Shown here: positions 1 through 10,791 of the stretch, in pieces | Layout of the letters: the number at the start of each line of letters is the position of its first letter | Numbering within the stretch: the first letter of the stretch is position 1 | NCBI GenBank assembly: GCA_016927325.1 | Contig: JAFGMY010000079.1 | Span: 1 to 54,921, forward strand | Direction: 5' to 3' | DNA length: 54,921 nt | Source of the DNA: Actinomycetota bacterium | GTDB taxonomy: Bacteria > Actinomycetota > Geothermincolia > Fen-727 > Anoxymicrobiaceae | The notes under the pieces: generated by a model | The model's input: the letters and a program-made list of their open reading frames with translations, nothing else | Told to the model about the DNA's origin: nothing | Database searches by the model: none | Made by a program: the position numbers and the translations under genes

Positions 1-968
1 AGCTCGTAGTTGCGCCTGGCTTTCAAGGCGCCGTCGGCGTGGATCCCCGATTCGTGGGCAAACGCATTCCGGCCGACTCCTACCTGGTTAACCGCGATCG
101 GCACTCCGAAAGCATAAGCAGCGTATTTGGCCAGACGCCAGGTTTGCGTCAGGTCGATTGAAGGATCCAGCTGGTACTGTCCTTCCATACCGCTTGATTT
201 CAGGATCGCGAGGAGGCAGGAAGTGAGGTCGGCATTGCCCGCCCTCTCGCCTATGCCGTTGACTGTTGTGTTGATATAAGCGTCAACGCCGCCGTCTATA
301 GCCGCCTTCGCCCCGGCGACAGAGCATGCAACAGCCATGCCGAGATCGTTATGGCAGTGCAGTTCGATATCAATGTCTACTTCCTCGGCCAGCATTTTTA
401 TCCTGTCGTAAATTGAGAATGGATCGTCGTAGCCGAGAGTGTCACAGTAGCGTATGCGTGAGGCCCCGGCTTCCTTCGCCGCGGTGGAAAACTTGATCAG
501 GTCTTCCAGGCTGGTTCTGGACGCGTCTTCGGCGTTCACGGCGACTGTCTTGAAGTCCAGGTCTGTAGCCGCGTCCAGCGCCTCCTTCATGATCGCGATT
601 ACATCGTCGAAGGTTCTCTTGCCGCTCCACTTCCCCATTATCATTTGTGGAGAAGTGGAGATCGAGATATTAACGTGTTCCAGCCCCGGGGTCATTTCCT
701 TGGCAAGTTCCACATCGTCTTTTATTGCACGCAACCATCCCGCTATTCTCAGCCTCTTGATCGCTCCGATCCTGGCAAGGTCTATGTTTCCTATCAGGTA
801 ATTGGTCTCATGGTTGGTGGTGGGAAAGCCTGCTTCGCTCTGGAATACTCCCATCTGGTCCAGGTACATGTTCAAGATCGTCTTCTCGATCTTCGCAAGA
901 CCCAACTGTGACGTCTGTACGCCGTCGCGGTTTGTGACATCTATTACGTATATCGTGTTCTTAGACAT
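1..968 (-). CDS. Homocitrate synthase / isopropylmalate synthase family (DRE-TIM metallolyase); runs off the left edge and is not in the ORF track
   Basis: Manual translation from ATG at 968 (GGAG SD upstream): MSKNTIYVIDVTNRDGVQ...RYCDTLG...IELHCHNDLGMAVA...TVNGIGERAGNA...FAHESGIHADG. RDGxQ, HCHNDLG, GERAGN and HESGIH motifs are present. Confidence 0.85.
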   Translation of the reverse strand, partial: MSKNTIYVIDVTNRDGVQTSQLGLAKIEKTILNMYLDQMGVFQSEAGFPTTNHETNYLIGNIDLARIGAIKRLRIAGWLRAIKDDVELAKEMTPGLEHVNISISTSPQMIMGKWSGKRTFDDVIAIMKEALDAATDLDFKTVAVNAEDASRTSLEDLIKFSTAAKEAGASRIRYCDTLGYDDPFSIYDRIKMLAEEVDIDIELHCHNDLGMAVACSVAGAKAAIDGGVDAYINTTVNGIGERAGNADLTSCLLAILKSSGMEGQYQLDPSIDLTQTWRLAKYAAYAFGVPIAVNQVGVGRNAFAHESGIHADGALKARRNYE

Positions 969-1032
969 TCTGGTCTCCTTTTTCAGTGCTTTAAATATGT
1001 AACTTTTTCAAAGGCTTATTGCTTAAAAACGT

Positions 1033-2349
1033 TCAACCGCGGTGTTTCATCTCCAGTGCGCAGGTGAACATTATATCAAAGAGGTCCGGTATATCGTCCA
1101 CGTCGAGACATGAGAACGCGATTCTGAGATCGTTGTTACCCGAGGCGATCACACCTACTCCGAAACGATCGAGCATGCTGCAGCGCAACTCCTCGGCGTT
1201 TATATTTTTTAGCTTCAAGCACATGAAGTATCCGGCGTTGAAAGGATAAGGTTCCCAGACCTCATCATATGCCGGGTTTGCCAGTGCCTCTTTTACCTTT
1301 AATGCCCTTCGTTCCAATACTCGGAACTTTTCGTCGCGCTGATCGGCAAAGCTTTCATTTTCCAGCGCCTTCAGGATTACCGTCTGAGACAGGCGGCTGC
1401 AGTTGGATATCCCGCCCCTTATCGCCCCGCCCGTCTTTTTCTCCAGCGCCTGGTAGAACTCCCCATCAGGGACACCGCCGGAAGCGCTGAAAGTGATAAA
1501 TCCCACCCGAAGCCCCCACGCGAAATGCTCCTTGGTTGCTCCATCCAGCTTTACCGGAATAATGTGTTCGTCCAGTGACGCCAGCCGGGCGAAAATGGAT
1601 TCCTCGTAAGCGTCTTCAGAGTAGAGAAGGCCGAAGTATGCGTCGTCGGATATCACGACGATATCCCTTCCCGGGCCGCTCGCGGATCTTATCGATTCAA
1701 CCACCGGCTCAACCTCGCTTTTTAGAAGAGAATACCCGGTGGGATTATTGGGGAAGTTGAGGACCAGCAGGACTTTTCCCCTGGCGTCGAGGCTTTCATT
1801 TAACCTGGCTGACAATCCTTCCACGTTGAAACCGCCGTTATTATCAAATAGTGGAAATGTGCGGATTTCGGCACCGATAATCGTCTCGTATGACAAGCGG
1901 TAGTTGCCCCAGAACTTGTCCGGTACGATAACGATATCACCGGGGTCGAGGAACAGTTGGCCGGCAAGTGTCAGTCCGTGCGTGATACCGCTGGTAACTA
2001 CGGGAAGGCTGATCGACTTATTTTTCAGGGAGGGATTTTTCCTGTATATCTCTGAGCGCCAAATCCGTCTTAGTGCGGGAACTCCTGTCGCCGGGGCATA
2101 GTCCAGTGCGTCGTCAGGGACGACGCCGGGGATATTGTCCATCAAAACGTCCAGATTCATCGCCTGGCCGTTTTCCCTGGCGATGCCGATCGTGGCGTTA
2201 TGTCTGTCCGCTTTTTCCTTTGCCTCGGCGGTCTGGGTAAGTATCCCGCGTGGAAAGAAGAGCCTCTTTCCAAGGCTGGAAAGCATGCCGTGCACGCAGG
2301 GTTCAGCTTTTTCGATAGCCTTATTCAGTTCAACTGCCAGTGGGTTCAT
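1033..2349 (-). CDS. PLP-dependent aminotransferase class I/II
   Basis: NFPNNPTG, SDDAY and ATKEHFAWGLRVG (PLP lysine) motifs. Confidence 0.9.
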   Translation of the reverse strand: MNPLAVELNKAIEKAEPCVHGMLSSLGKRLFFPRGILTQTAEAKEKADRHNATIGIARENGQAMNLDVLMDNIPGVVPDDALDYAPATGVPALRRIWRSEIYRKNPSLKNKSISLPVVTSGITHGLTLAGQLFLDPGDIVIVPDKFWGNYRLSYETIIGAEIRTFPLFDNNGGFNVEGLSARLNESLDARGKVLLVLNFPNNPTGYSLLKSEVEPVVESIRSASGPGRDIVVISDDAYFGLLYSEDAYEESIFARLASLDEHIIPVKLDGATKEHFAWGLRVGFITFSASGGVPDGEFYQALEKKTGGAIRGGISNCSRLSQTVILKALENESFADQRDEKFRVLERRALKVKEALANPAYDEVWEPYPFNAGYFMCLKLKNINAEELRCSMLDRFGVGVIASGNNDLRIAFSCLDVDDIPDLFDIMFTCALEMKHRG

Positions 2350-2495
2350 GGGTATTCTCCGTATAGTGAAAGCGGTGTCCCGATTAAGGAAAGATAATTT
2401 TACAGGATTTTTCCGGTGATTTCATCACTTCCAATGCTTTTTATTACCAGGCTGCGTGTCGAAAAGTGCTCCAGGGGGAAAGCGGTACCGTCAAT

Positions 2496-2885
2496 TCACT
2501 TTGAGATTCCGCTCATATGGGGGTTGGATTCGAGGTAAGCAACTAGTTTTCGAAGTGTTTCATCACTTATCACGTGCTCTATCTCACAGGCGTCCATATC
2601 GGCGGTCTCTTCGTTCACCCCTAATATTTCCGTGAAAAAACGCTTGATTGTCCCATGCTTCTTGTCCAGTCTCCGTGCTATTTTCGCACCCTTTTCGGTC
2701 AGTGAGACATGCCTGTATTTGCCATGTTCTATTAAGTTATCCCTGGCGAGCTTGCCCAGCATCTCCGATACACTTGGGTAGGTAATGTCAAGAGCGCGGG
2801 CGATATCCTTGACACGCACGACTTCGCTCGAAAGCTCCAGTTCGTAAATCGTCTCGAGGTATCTCTCGATTGCGCCTTTGGCCAT
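2496..2885 (-). CDS. DtxR/MntR family metal-dependent transcriptional repressor (no SH3 domain)
   Basis: ERYLETIYEL, HTH VKDIARALDITYPSVSEML, metal site DACEIEH. Confidence 0.92.
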   Translation of the reverse strand: MAKGAIERYLETIYELELSSEVVRVKDIARALDITYPSVSEMLGKLARDNLIEHGKYRHVSLTEKGAKIARRLDKKHGTIKRFFTEILGVNEETADMDACEIEHVISDETLRKLVAYLESNPHMSGISK

Positions 2886-2899
2886 ATTAGATCACCTTC

Positions 2900-3121
2900 C
2901 TACTTCTTCTTTCTAATGGTGCATCCCTGATGACAATCCTTGCAGTAACCAGGGGATACCGCCTCGCAAGTTCCGAAATCAAAAGTCAACCGGCCTTTCC
3001 TGTTTAGAAACTCGAGCATGCCCCTGAGTGCTTGCGCCTCGATATCCATCTCCCGCGACAGTTCTTTCAAGGTCACCGGTCCCCCGGCCGCTTCGAGTTT
3101 TTCGATTATCTTTTCAAGCAT
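2900..3121 (-). CDS. feoC: FeoC-like winged-helix protein
   Basis: 73 aa, wHTH plus Cys cluster C-x7-CxxCxxxC, directly after feoB. Confidence 0.75.
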   Translation of the reverse strand: MLEKIIEKLEAAGGPVTLKELSREMDIEAQALRGMLEFLNRKGRLTFDFGTCEAVSPGYCKDCHQGCTIRKKK

Positions 3122-3127
3122 TCAAAG

Positions 3128-5173
3128 TCACCCGCCGATCCCGAGAATCGATCCCAGCCGGTATATAGTGAAAGCCATCAGCCACGCCAGCGCAAAAGAG
3201 TATGACATGGAAAACGCGGCCCATTTCCATGATCCTGTTTCCTTTCTTATTACGGCGACTGTGGCAAGGCATGGGGTGTATATAAGCGTGAAAGCCATAA
3301 AACCGTATGCCGTGAGGGGGGTGAATATTTCCTGGAGCTTCGAAGAAATTGCCTGGCCTTCGCCCGCCCCGAGGAGGGTGCCGTAAGTGCTTACGACTAT
3401 TTCCTTTGCGATGATGCCGAACAGGAGAGCCACAGCGGCGCGCCAGTCGAAGCCAAGCGGTTTGAAAACCGGTTCGAGGATGCGCCCCAGCATTCCGGCA
3501 AGGCTGCCGGTTCCTCCATACTCGACTCCAGTCGGGAAATAAGAGAGGAACCAGATGACTATTGATCCAGCCAGGATAACGGTACCGGCTTTCCGGAGGA
3601 ACATGGACGCCCGGTCCCACATGTGAATAAACGTTCCTTTCGCGGTGGGCCAGCGGTAAGGGGGGAGTTCCATAACGAACGGCTCGCTTTCACCCGGAAA
3701 CAGGAACTTTCTGAAAAGTTTTGCTGAGACAACCGCCAGGATTATACCCATAAGGTAAATGGAAAAGGTTACCGTCCCCTGGTTGCCGGCAAAAAAAGCG
3801 GCAGTGAAAAGTGCGTATACGGGCAGGCGTGCGGTGCAGGACATGAAGGGGTTGATAAGGATAGTAATTATGCGGTCCTTTTCCGATTCAAGGGTCCTTG
3901 TGGCCATCACCGCCGGCACGTTGCATCCGAAACCCATTACCATCGGAATGAACGATTTACCATGAAGACCCAGCCAGTGCATTATGCGATCCATAATAAA
4001 AGCGGCCCGGGCCATGTAGCCCGTGTCCTCAAGGAGTGAAATACACAAGAACATTATGAATATCTGGGGCATAAAGACAAGTACCGCGCCTACCCCGCCG
4101 ATCACACCGTCCACGATAAATGACTGGAGCCAGGCCGGTGAAGTTATTACGTGTGAGGCGAGGTCGGCTAAGTTCGTCACCACCCAGTCGATCCAGGCCA
4201 TCGGGTACTTGCCCAGGAAGAAAGTAAGAAAGAACATCAACCACATAAAAAGCGCAAAGAACGGAAAACCAAAGATCCGATGAGTCAGTATGTTGTCTAT
4301 CCTGTCTGAGACGGTCTCGTACTCCTCGCGTTCACGGTGGACCGCTTCTCTCACTACACCCGACACGAAGCCGAACCGGTTATCCACGATAATGGTTTCG
4401 ATATCTTCACCGAATATCGTTGACAGGTGGTGACGGCTTGCTTCGACCGCGGATAGTATCGGGGAATCGTCGGCGGCATACGCAATGATGTCTTCCTCGA
4501 TTTTGGGGTCTTCCTCCAGGAGTTTGATCGCGAGCCATCTCGGTGAGTATTTGCCCAGGAACTTTTCAGTGATACCCTTGTCGGATCTTATTACTTTTTC
4601 GAGCTTCTCTATTTCCTCTTCAGGCTCGCGGCCATAGTTGACGTTTACGTCCCTGAATTTAACGTCTCCGGAAACCGCGGACACAATCGTTTCCTTTAAC
4701 TTGTCCGTGCCCTGGTTGCGCAGGCCGACCATCGGCACCACGGGTACGCCAAGGAGTTCAGAAAGGAGTTCAAGGTTGATATCGATGCCTCTTTTGCTGG
4801 CATTGTCCGTCATGTTGAGTCCGAGAATTACCGGTACCCCAAGTTCCATAAGCTGAGTTGTCAGATAGAGATTTCGTTCCAGGTTGCCCGCGTCGGCGAT
4901 GTCGACAACCACATCCGGCTTCTCGGCCGCGATAAAGTCTCTGACTACGACTTCCTCCAGGGAGTACGCGGTGAGGCTGTAGGTGCCGGGCAGATCCACT
5001 ATTGACAACTCGCGTCCGTCCTGCCGGCAGGTTCCTTCCTTCTTTTCCACGGTAACACCCGGCCAGTTTCCTACATGCTGTCTCGCCCCGGTCAAGTTAT
5101 TAAAGATCGTCGTCTTCCCGGCATTAGGGTTTCCGGCAAGTGCTACCGTTATAGGTCGTTTACTGTCGGTCAA
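3128..5173 (-). CDS. feoB: Ferrous iron transporter FeoB
   Basis: [30 protein letters not shown], gate motifs GFGCNVP and FMSCTARLP; TTG start. Confidence 0.97.
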   Translation of the reverse strand: MTDSKRPITVALAGNPNAGKTTIFNNLTGARQHVGNWPGVTVEKKEGTCRQDGRELSIVDLPGTYSLTAYSLEEVVVRDFIAAEKPDVVVDIADAGNLERNLYLTTQLMELGVPVILGLNMTDNASKRGIDINLELLSELLGVPVVPMVGLRNQGTDKLKETIVSAVSGDVKFRDVNVNYGREPEEEIEKLEKVIRSDKGITEKFLGKYSPRWLAIKLLEEDPKIEEDIIAYAADDSPILSAVEASRHHLSTIFGEDIETIIVDNRFGFVSGVVREAVHREREEYETVSDRIDNILTHRIFGFPFFALFMWLMFFLTFFLGKYPMAWIDWVVTNLADLASHVITSPAWLQSFIVDGVIGGVGAVLVFMPQIFIMFLCISLLEDTGYMARAAFIMDRIMHWLGLHGKSFIPMVMGFGCNVPAVMATRTLESEKDRIITILINPFMSCTARLPVYALFTAAFFAGNQGTVTFSIYLMGIILAVVSAKLFRKFLFPGESEPFVMELPPYRWPTAKGTFIHMWDRASMFLRKAGTVILAGSIVIWFLSYFPTGVEYGGTGSLAGMLGRILEPVFKPLGFDWRAAVALLFGIIAKEIVVSTYGTLLGAGEGQAISSKLQEIFTPLTAYGFMAFTLIYTPCLATVAVIRKETGSWKWAAFSMSYSFALAWLMAFTIYRLGSILGIGG

Positions 5174-5214
5174 TTGAACTTCCTTTGGTTTTCAGACTTT
5201 CCCGTAACCGGTGG

Positions 5215-5550
5215 CTAGGTCCGGCTTACCATTATCTTGCAGGCAAGCGCGCGATCGAGACAGAGCCTGGTGTCCTTTATCGCGACAATCACCGGTCCGG
5301 GGGCTGAGTTCTTGACTATCTGTATACTTTCCCCCGGGACGATTCCCATGCAGACCAGACGGTTTTCGAGCTTTTTGCCCCTGTTGGCATGTTGCGGGTG
5401 CATTCGCAGTTGTCCCCATCTGCTTATCCGGTGAGGGTGTTCGACTTCACATTCCATTGCGGGATGTCGCATTCCCCTTATTTCCTCTATTACACCAGAC
5501 TCGCCGGAGTTCATGAAACCAAGGGGCATTTTGATGTCAGCGCTCATCAT
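5215..5550 (-). CDS. feoA: FeoA family protein with His-rich insertion
   Basis: RLVCMGIVPG...GPVIVAIKDTRLCLDRALACKIMV FeoA pattern. Confidence 0.88.
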   Translation of the reverse strand: MMSADIKMPLGFMNSGESGVIEEIRGMRHPAMECEVEHPHRISRWGQLRMHPQHANRGKKLENRLVCMGIVPGESIQIVKNSAPGPVIVAIKDTRLCLDRALACKIMVSRT

Positions 5551-5860
5551 CCATGACCTCTACCCATATATCGCCCGCTTCTTCTCTTCTGAGAGAGATA
5601 TTGAAGTCTTTAAACTTGAGCTCTATCGGGTCTCCCAGTGGGGCGACCCGAGAAATTTCAAAAGGGGTCCCGCATACAACACCCATGTTCATAAGCCTGC
5701 GTTTCAGGTTTTTCTGGCACGATAAGCAGGCGATTCTTCCGGTACAGCCGGGATCGAGATCTCCAAGCCGGACGGTTTTACTGTATGTTCCGGCATGATG
5801 GTTCGGGCCGCGTCCTGAAGACCTGCGCCTGCCGCGTTTCGGCTTTCCGTAAGGTCTCAC
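5537..5860 (-). CDS. feoA: FeoA family protein with Arg-rich N-terminal extension
   Basis: RRLMNMGVVCG...APLGDPIEL...ISLRREEAGDIWVE. Confidence 0.9.
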   Translation of the reverse strand: MRPYGKPKRGRRRSSGRGPNHHAGTYSKTVRLGDLDPGCTGRIACLSCQKNLKRRLMNMGVVCGTPFEISRVAPLGDPIELKFKDFNISLRREEAGDIWVEVMDDER

Positions 5861-5920
5861 TTTTCCGCTCCATTCAACTCCATGAACTAGTCCCGGCGGT
5901 GTCGGGCCGGCAAATATAAA

Positions 5921-5934
5921 TTAGGTTAACCTAA
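5921..5934. promoter_or_regulatory. DtxR-family operator
   Basis: Perfect palindrome TTAGGTTAACCTAA resembling DtxR/IdeR/SirR boxes, between the predicted feo promoter and feoA. Confidence 0.85.
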
Positions 5935-5945
5935 CTATTGAATTT

Positions 5946-5974
5946 AATGTAGCACTTCGAATTTCCTTAGTCAA
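5946..5974 (-). promoter_or_regulatory. sigma70-type promoter of the feo operon
   Basis: Minus strand TTGACT-N17-TACATT, with TG extended -10. Confidence 0.7.
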
Positions 5975-6056
5975 TGATCGATGGCTTATACTTTCTATTG
6001 GCGCCTGATAAGGTATGAATGCCCGGAACGGTCCTGGAAGCGAAAGGTGGATCTTT

Positions 6057-7028
6057 ATGGCTTATGACGAGAGAACCGGCACGTTGTTGAACCTGGCGCT
6101 CGAATTCTCGGAGGAAATCAGAAAAGCGGTGGTTCCTTACCTGGGCAATCCGTCATCGAAAGACTTAAGAGGCCATGGAGCTTCGGGTGACGCCACATTC
6201 TCAATTGACGAAATAGCGGAGACGGTTGCGGCGTCCTTTCTTGAACAAGTCGGAGATGTTGCGTATTACACCGAGGACAGGGGGCTTGTCGTACGGGGGA
6301 AACCGGACTATATCCTGGTTGTCGATCCGATCGACGGGACCCGTCCCGCGGCCGCGGGACTGGAGGCCTGCTGTGTTTCAGTGGCTGTTGCGCCTTATGC
6401 CGCCGGAGCGGAGGAGTCGCTTACCGTCGGTGATGTCTACATCGGCGTGGTGAATGAAATAAAAAACAAGGCCAGATACCTTGCCGTAAAAGATGAAGGT
6501 TCCGTCATCGAGATAAACGATTTGCCCGTCAAGCCCGCCCTGTCCGAAAAGCATTCCCTCGATAACATTTTCTGGACGCTGGGTTTCAGGGGGAGGCCGG
6601 CCGAGCCTTTGGTGACTGTCTTGTCGGAGCTGATCGACATGTCTTCGGTAGGGGGCGGAGTTTTCGACCTCGGCAGCGCGACATTCTGCATAGCCAGGGT
6701 GCTCACCGGGGAGCTTGACCTTTACATCGACGTCGGTCAGAGGATAGCCGATGAAATTGAGGCAATAAGACGGGTATTCATTAGAATCGGACATGGATCG
6801 ATACTCAACAATTACCCCTACGACCTTGCCGCGGCGGCGCTGATCGCCCGGGAAAGCGGCGCAATAGTGACCGACGCCTATGGAAGGGAGCTTGATGAGT
6901 ATCCATTGATACCGCGTCATGGCGGAGGCCAGCTGTCTGCTGTCGTGTCACCGAATCCTGTATTGCACCACAAGGTAATGAGTGAAATTGAGGCGGGAAT
7001 GGACAGGCTCAAGGAGAGATACTGCTAG
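6057..7028 (+). CDS. Inositol monophosphatase / FBPase (FIG) family protein
   Basis: TEDRG, VDPIDGT, YDLAAA motifs; ATG 6057 follows an AAGGTGG SD. Confidence 0.88.
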   Translation: MAYDERTGTLLNLALEFSEEIRKAVVPYLGNPSSKDLRGHGASGDATFSIDEIAETVAASFLEQVGDVAYYTEDRGLVVRGKPDYILVVDPIDGTRPAAAGLEACCVSVAVAPYAAGAEESLTVGDVYIGVVNEIKNKARYLAVKDEGSVIEINDLPVKPALSEKHSLDNIFWTLGFRGRPAEPLVTVLSELIDMSSVGGGVFDLGSATFCIARVLTGELDLYIDVGQRIADEIEAIRRVFIRIGHGSILNNYPYDLAAAALIARESGAIVTDAYGRELDEYPLIPRHGGGQLSAVVSPNPVLHHKVMSEIEAGMDRLKERYC

Positions 7029-7047
7029 ACGGGGGAGATCGACCTAT

Positions 7048-7692
7048 TTGGGTGCGCTTTTCGGATTATTCTTTACATCAGCGGTGATTGCGCTTTCCGG
7101 TGCAATGATGCCCGGTCCACTTCTTTCGGTGGCTGTGTCCGAATCATATAAGAGGGGTTTCCGGGCGGGGCCTCTTCTTATAGCCGGACACCTTGTCCCA
7201 GAAATGTTGCTGGCGGTCCTTTTTTCGTTTGGGTTGAACAGGTTCCTGGACAACAAGAACGTAACCGGTGTGGTGGGAGTAGTAGGCGGTGTATTTCTAT
7301 TCTGGCTTTCCATAAAGATATTTCTTGAAGTGAGGCGCGGCATATTCATCGATCTTACCTCCAAAAAGGAAGTAATCTGGGGGCCGGTTGTCGCCGGGCT
7401 GTGGGGAAGCGTTTCCAATCCCGGGTGGGTCATCTGGTGGGCCACCATCGGGGCAAAATACATACTGCTTTCTCTGGAGCAGGGTATTGCCGGACTCATT
7501 TTTTTCTTCGCGGGGCATGCGACAGGGGACCTTGTCTGGTATTCGGTGGTGAGTTTCGTCGTATCCAGGGGGCGTGGACGGATAAACGAAAAGATTTATG
7601 TGGTCGTCCTTTATGTTTGTGCACTTCTTGTAGCCGCCTTCGCCGTATATTTCATTATCAGCGGATCGTTGACACTGTCCGCAGCGAGCTGA
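7048..7692 (+). CDS. LysE family transporter
   Basis: SGAMMPGPLL, GHLVPE, SNPGWVIWW, GHATGDLVWY; TTG start inferred after GGGGGAG. Confidence 0.85.
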   Translation: MGALFGLFFTSAVIALSGAMMPGPLLSVAVSESYKRGFRAGPLLIAGHLVPEMLLAVLFSFGLNRFLDNKNVTGVVGVVGGVFLFWLSIKIFLEVRRGIFIDLTSKKEVIWGPVVAGLWGSVSNPGWVIWWATIGAKYILLSLEQGIAGLIFFFAGHATGDLVWYSVVSFVVSRGRGRINEKIYVVVLYVCALLVAAFAVYFIISGSLTLSAAS

Positions 7693-7753
7693 TATTTGCC
7701 TTCGGTTCCGGCGTGCCGGGACTGAAGGATTTGCCGGTTTCGCGTTTAACTAC

Positions 7754-7762
7754 TGGTATAAT
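7754..7762 (+). promoter_or_regulatory. Extended -10 promoter for lemA-htpX
   Basis: TGGTATAAT about 40 nt upstream of the lemA ATG. Confidence 0.55.
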
Positions 7763-7800
7763 GACAGCTGAATGTGTTCGCTGACAGAAGGAGGATTTCA

Positions 7801-8358
7801 ATGTGGATTGGTATCGTAATTGCGGTTCTCGCGGTTCTGGTAATAGGTTTCATCGTCTATCTTTACAATAAGCTGGTGCGTTACCGCAACCGGGTTGACA
7901 ACGCGTGGCACCAGATCGATGTTCAACTGAACAGGCGGGCTGACCTTATACCCAACCTGGTAAATACGGTCAAGGGTTATGCGACGCACGAGCAGGAGAC
8001 TTTCGACAAGGTTACGCAGGCAAGGTCACAGCTAGTCAACGCCAAGACCGTGGGCGAAAACGCTCAGGCGGAAGGTATGCTGGGCCAGGCCCTGAAGTCC
8101 CTTTTCGCGGTAGCCGAAGCTTATCCGGAATTGAAAGCAAACCAGAATTTTCTCGCTCTTCAGGAGGAGCTCTCCGGGACCGAAAACAAGATAGCTTATG
8201 CCCGGCAGTTCTATAACGATTCCGTAATGAGCTATGATATCGCGCGCCAGAAGTTCCCGGCCAACATGATTGCGGGTATGTTCAACTTCAAAGAGGCGAG
8301 AGAGTACTTCGAGCCCGAGACACCGGAAGCAAGGGCCGTTCCGAAAGTTTCTTTCTAA
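7801..8358 (+). CDS. lemA: LemA family protein
   Basis: N-terminal [45 protein letters not shown]; AGGAGG SD. Confidence 0.95.
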   Translation: MWIGIVIAVLAVLVIGFIVYLYNKLVRYRNRVDNAWHQIDVQLNRRADLIPNLVNTVKGYATHEQETFDKVTQARSQLVNAKTVGENAQAEGMLGQALKSLFAVAEAYPELKANQNFLALQEELSGTENKIAYARQFYNDSVMSYDIARQKFPANMIAGMFNFKEAREYFEPETPEARAVPKVSF

Positions 8359-8450
8359 TCGGAGAGCGGGTTCATCTCTTAAGGAGATTTTAAGAATCTT
8401 GCGGTTTGGTCTGCGGTTTTATTCCAGGATATTTCGGAGGTGTTCAGGAC

Positions 8451-9383
8451 TTGTACGAACAGATTAGCGCCAACAAATGGAAATCAGGATTCATGGTTTT
8501 CTTTTTCGTGGTGTTCGTTCTCGGTGTGGGTTTCGTGATCGGATTGGCGCTTGGCGGGACGGACGGCTGGTTTTACGGTCTTATCATTGCATTTGTGATC
8601 GCGCTGATTATGGGATTTTCCAGTTACTACAAGAGCGATTCCCTTGCTCTCAGGGTAAGTGGCGCGAGGCCGCTGATCGAAGGTGAATACATAAGGTACA
8701 GGACCGCAGTAGAGGGTCTGGCTATTGCCGCGGGTATTCCCACTCCCCGGATTTATGTTATCGACGATGCGTCGATGAACGCTTTTGCGACCGGGAGAAA
8801 TCCCGAGCATTCAGCGATCGCGGCGACGACCGGACTCCTCGACACGATGAACGACATGGAACTGCAGGGAGTTATCGCTCACGAGATGTCTCATATCAAG
8901 AACTATGACATCCTGATTCAAACCATAACGATAGTGCTCGCAGGAACCATCGTGCTTATTGCCGATATATTCCTCAGGTCTTTGTGGTTCAGTGACAGCG
9001 ACTCCGACAACGGAGGGTGGATACTGCTGGTAATCGGCATCGTCCTGGCGATACTGGCACCCATTATCGCTCAGGTCATAAAGCTTGCGATAAGCAGAAA
9101 AAGAGAGTTCCTGGCGGACGCGAACGGCGCGCTTCTTACGAGGTACCCCCCGGGGCTGGCGAGCGCGCTTGGTAAGCTTCGTGAAGATCCCCGGCCGCTC
9201 AGGCGTGGAAACGACGCCATGAACCATCTTTATATTTCGCAGCCTCTGAAGAAGGGGAGAAAAGGTTCGGCGGGGAGGCGGAGCCGATTGTTTGATACCC
9301 ATCCCCCGATTGAAGAGAGGATAAGAAGGTTGGAGCAGATGGCCTCCGGCTTCGTTCCGACAGACACGTCGCAGACAACCTGA
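8451..9383 (+). CDS. htpX: Zinc metalloprotease HtpX (M48)
   Basis: NAFATGRNP, AHEMSH, SRKREFLAD, THPPIEERI; TTG start after GGAGGT. Confidence 0.95.
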   Translation: MYEQISANKWKSGFMVFFFVVFVLGVGFVIGLALGGTDGWFYGLIIAFVIALIMGFSSYYKSDSLALRVSGARPLIEGEYIRYRTAVEGLAIAAGIPTPRIYVIDDASMNAFATGRNPEHSAIAATTGLLDTMNDMELQGVIAHEMSHIKNYDILIQTITIVLAGTIVLIADIFLRSLWFSDSDSDNGGWILLVIGIVLAILAPIIAQVIKLAISRKREFLADANGALLTRYPPGLASALGKLREDPRPLRRGNDAMNHLYISQPLKKGRKGSAGRRSRLFDTHPPIEERIRRLEQMASGFVPTDTSQTT

Positions 9384-9663
9384 TCGCCAGGTATTTACCT
9401 CTTCAAACCGGACTGTCATTATTTTCCTCTGTTTGGGGTGCGTTCGGGCCAAAGGCGCCGGTCCGGCATCCGGGCCGGAACCTATCGGTCAATCCATGCG
9501 TCCATTGTTTCAGTGTTCTTTTCCAGGGCGATTTTGAGGACTGCTTTGCTTGAAGGACGTTGCAACAATACATACGCAACAGGATTAAATCCTGATGACC
9601 CGAAATACTCTTCAGATAACGGGTTACGTATTGACGAACAGGTGTTTGGACGGAGTCTTGATA

Positions 9664-10791
9664 ATGGGTTTATACGAGAGGCGTTACAGAAAAGGACTGA
9701 TTGCCGGCATAAGCGTACTTCTCTTTCTGATGACGGCGGCAGTTTCCGGCTGCTCATGGTTTGGAAGTTCAGAAAGTAAGAATAAAGGGACCGCAAAACA
9801 GCCGAAGGCCATTACATGCCCTCTCTGCGGCATGAAGGTTGCCGACGGTTCCCTTATTAACCGGAGACCGCTCGCGGTAAAGGTGGAAAACGATCCGGCG
9901 GCCAGGCCGCAGTCGGGCCTGGATAAGGCCTGTGTAATATATGAAGAGATAACCGAGGGTGGTATAACGAGGTTCATGGCGATCTATTTGTGTCACGATG
10001 CCGAAGTCGCAGGGCCCGTGCGCAGTGCCCGCCCGGTCGATATCGATCTTGCTTCCCCTTTTCAGGCTCTCCTTTGCCACTGTGGCGGGGCCCCGCCGAC
10101 AATAAGCGCGATAAAGAGTTCCGGTATCGCCGATCTGGACGAGCAGGCGGGAACCGGCGCTTACTGGAGATCCAGAGACCGCAGGGCGCCTCATAATCTC
10201 TATGCCGGCACCGAGAGACTGCGCTCCGACGGAAACGTGAAATATCCTTTTGAAGGCGAAGTCGGTGAAGCTTTCCGTTTCCTGGACGATGCCGGCATTG
10301 AAGAGCTGGCCCGTATTCGTGCCGAAGAAGCTGAACGGCTGGCACAGCATCAGGCGGACCCGCAGGGAGAGTATCAGCCGAAGGTAAACCTCGCAAACGG
10401 AATTGAAATACCTTACACGAAAGTCTGCGCGGTCAGTTACAATTATGATACTGCAACCGGCAGGTATCTCCGCTTTGTCAGGGGCGTTCCTCACACTGAT
10501 TTGACGACCGGCGGGCAGTTGACAGCCGATACCGTTATTGTTCAGTACGTTGTTGAGTCCGTTTCAGGCATAAAGGATGTGATGGGCGCCGATACCCCCG
10601 ACCTCGGTGTGGTTGGATCCGGAAGGGCGCAGATATTCATAATGGGCCAGTGCATCGATGCGGAATGGAACAAGTCGTCCAGACAGGAGTATACCCGGTA
10701 TTACGACTACGACGGAAATGAGATTCAAATGAAGCCCGGCCTTGTATGGGTCCAGCTTGTGCCGCTCGGCAAAGAAGTAACTTACCAATGA
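9664..10791 (+). CDS. DUF3048 (YerB-like) lipoprotein
   Basis: Lipobox AVSGC; RPLAVKVEN, ARPQSGL, EGGITRF, GPVRSAR, RRAPHNLY. Confidence 0.85.
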   Translation: MGLYERRYRKGLIAGISVLLFLMTAAVSGCSWFGSSESKNKGTAKQPKAITCPLCGMKVADGSLINRRPLAVKVENDPAARPQSGLDKACVIYEEITEGGITRFMAIYLCHDAEVAGPVRSARPVDIDLASPFQALLCHCGGAPPTISAIKSSGIADLDEQAGTGAYWRSRDRRAPHNLYAGTERLRSDGNVKYPFEGEVGEAFRFLDDAGIEELARIRAEEAERLAQHQADPQGEYQPKVNLANGIEIPYTKVCAVSYNYDTATGRYLRFVRGVPHTDLTTGGQLTADTVIVQYVVESVSGIKDVMGADTPDLGVVGSGRAQIFIMGQCIDAEWNKSSRQEYTRYYDYDGNEIQMKPGLVWVQLVPLGKEVTYQ

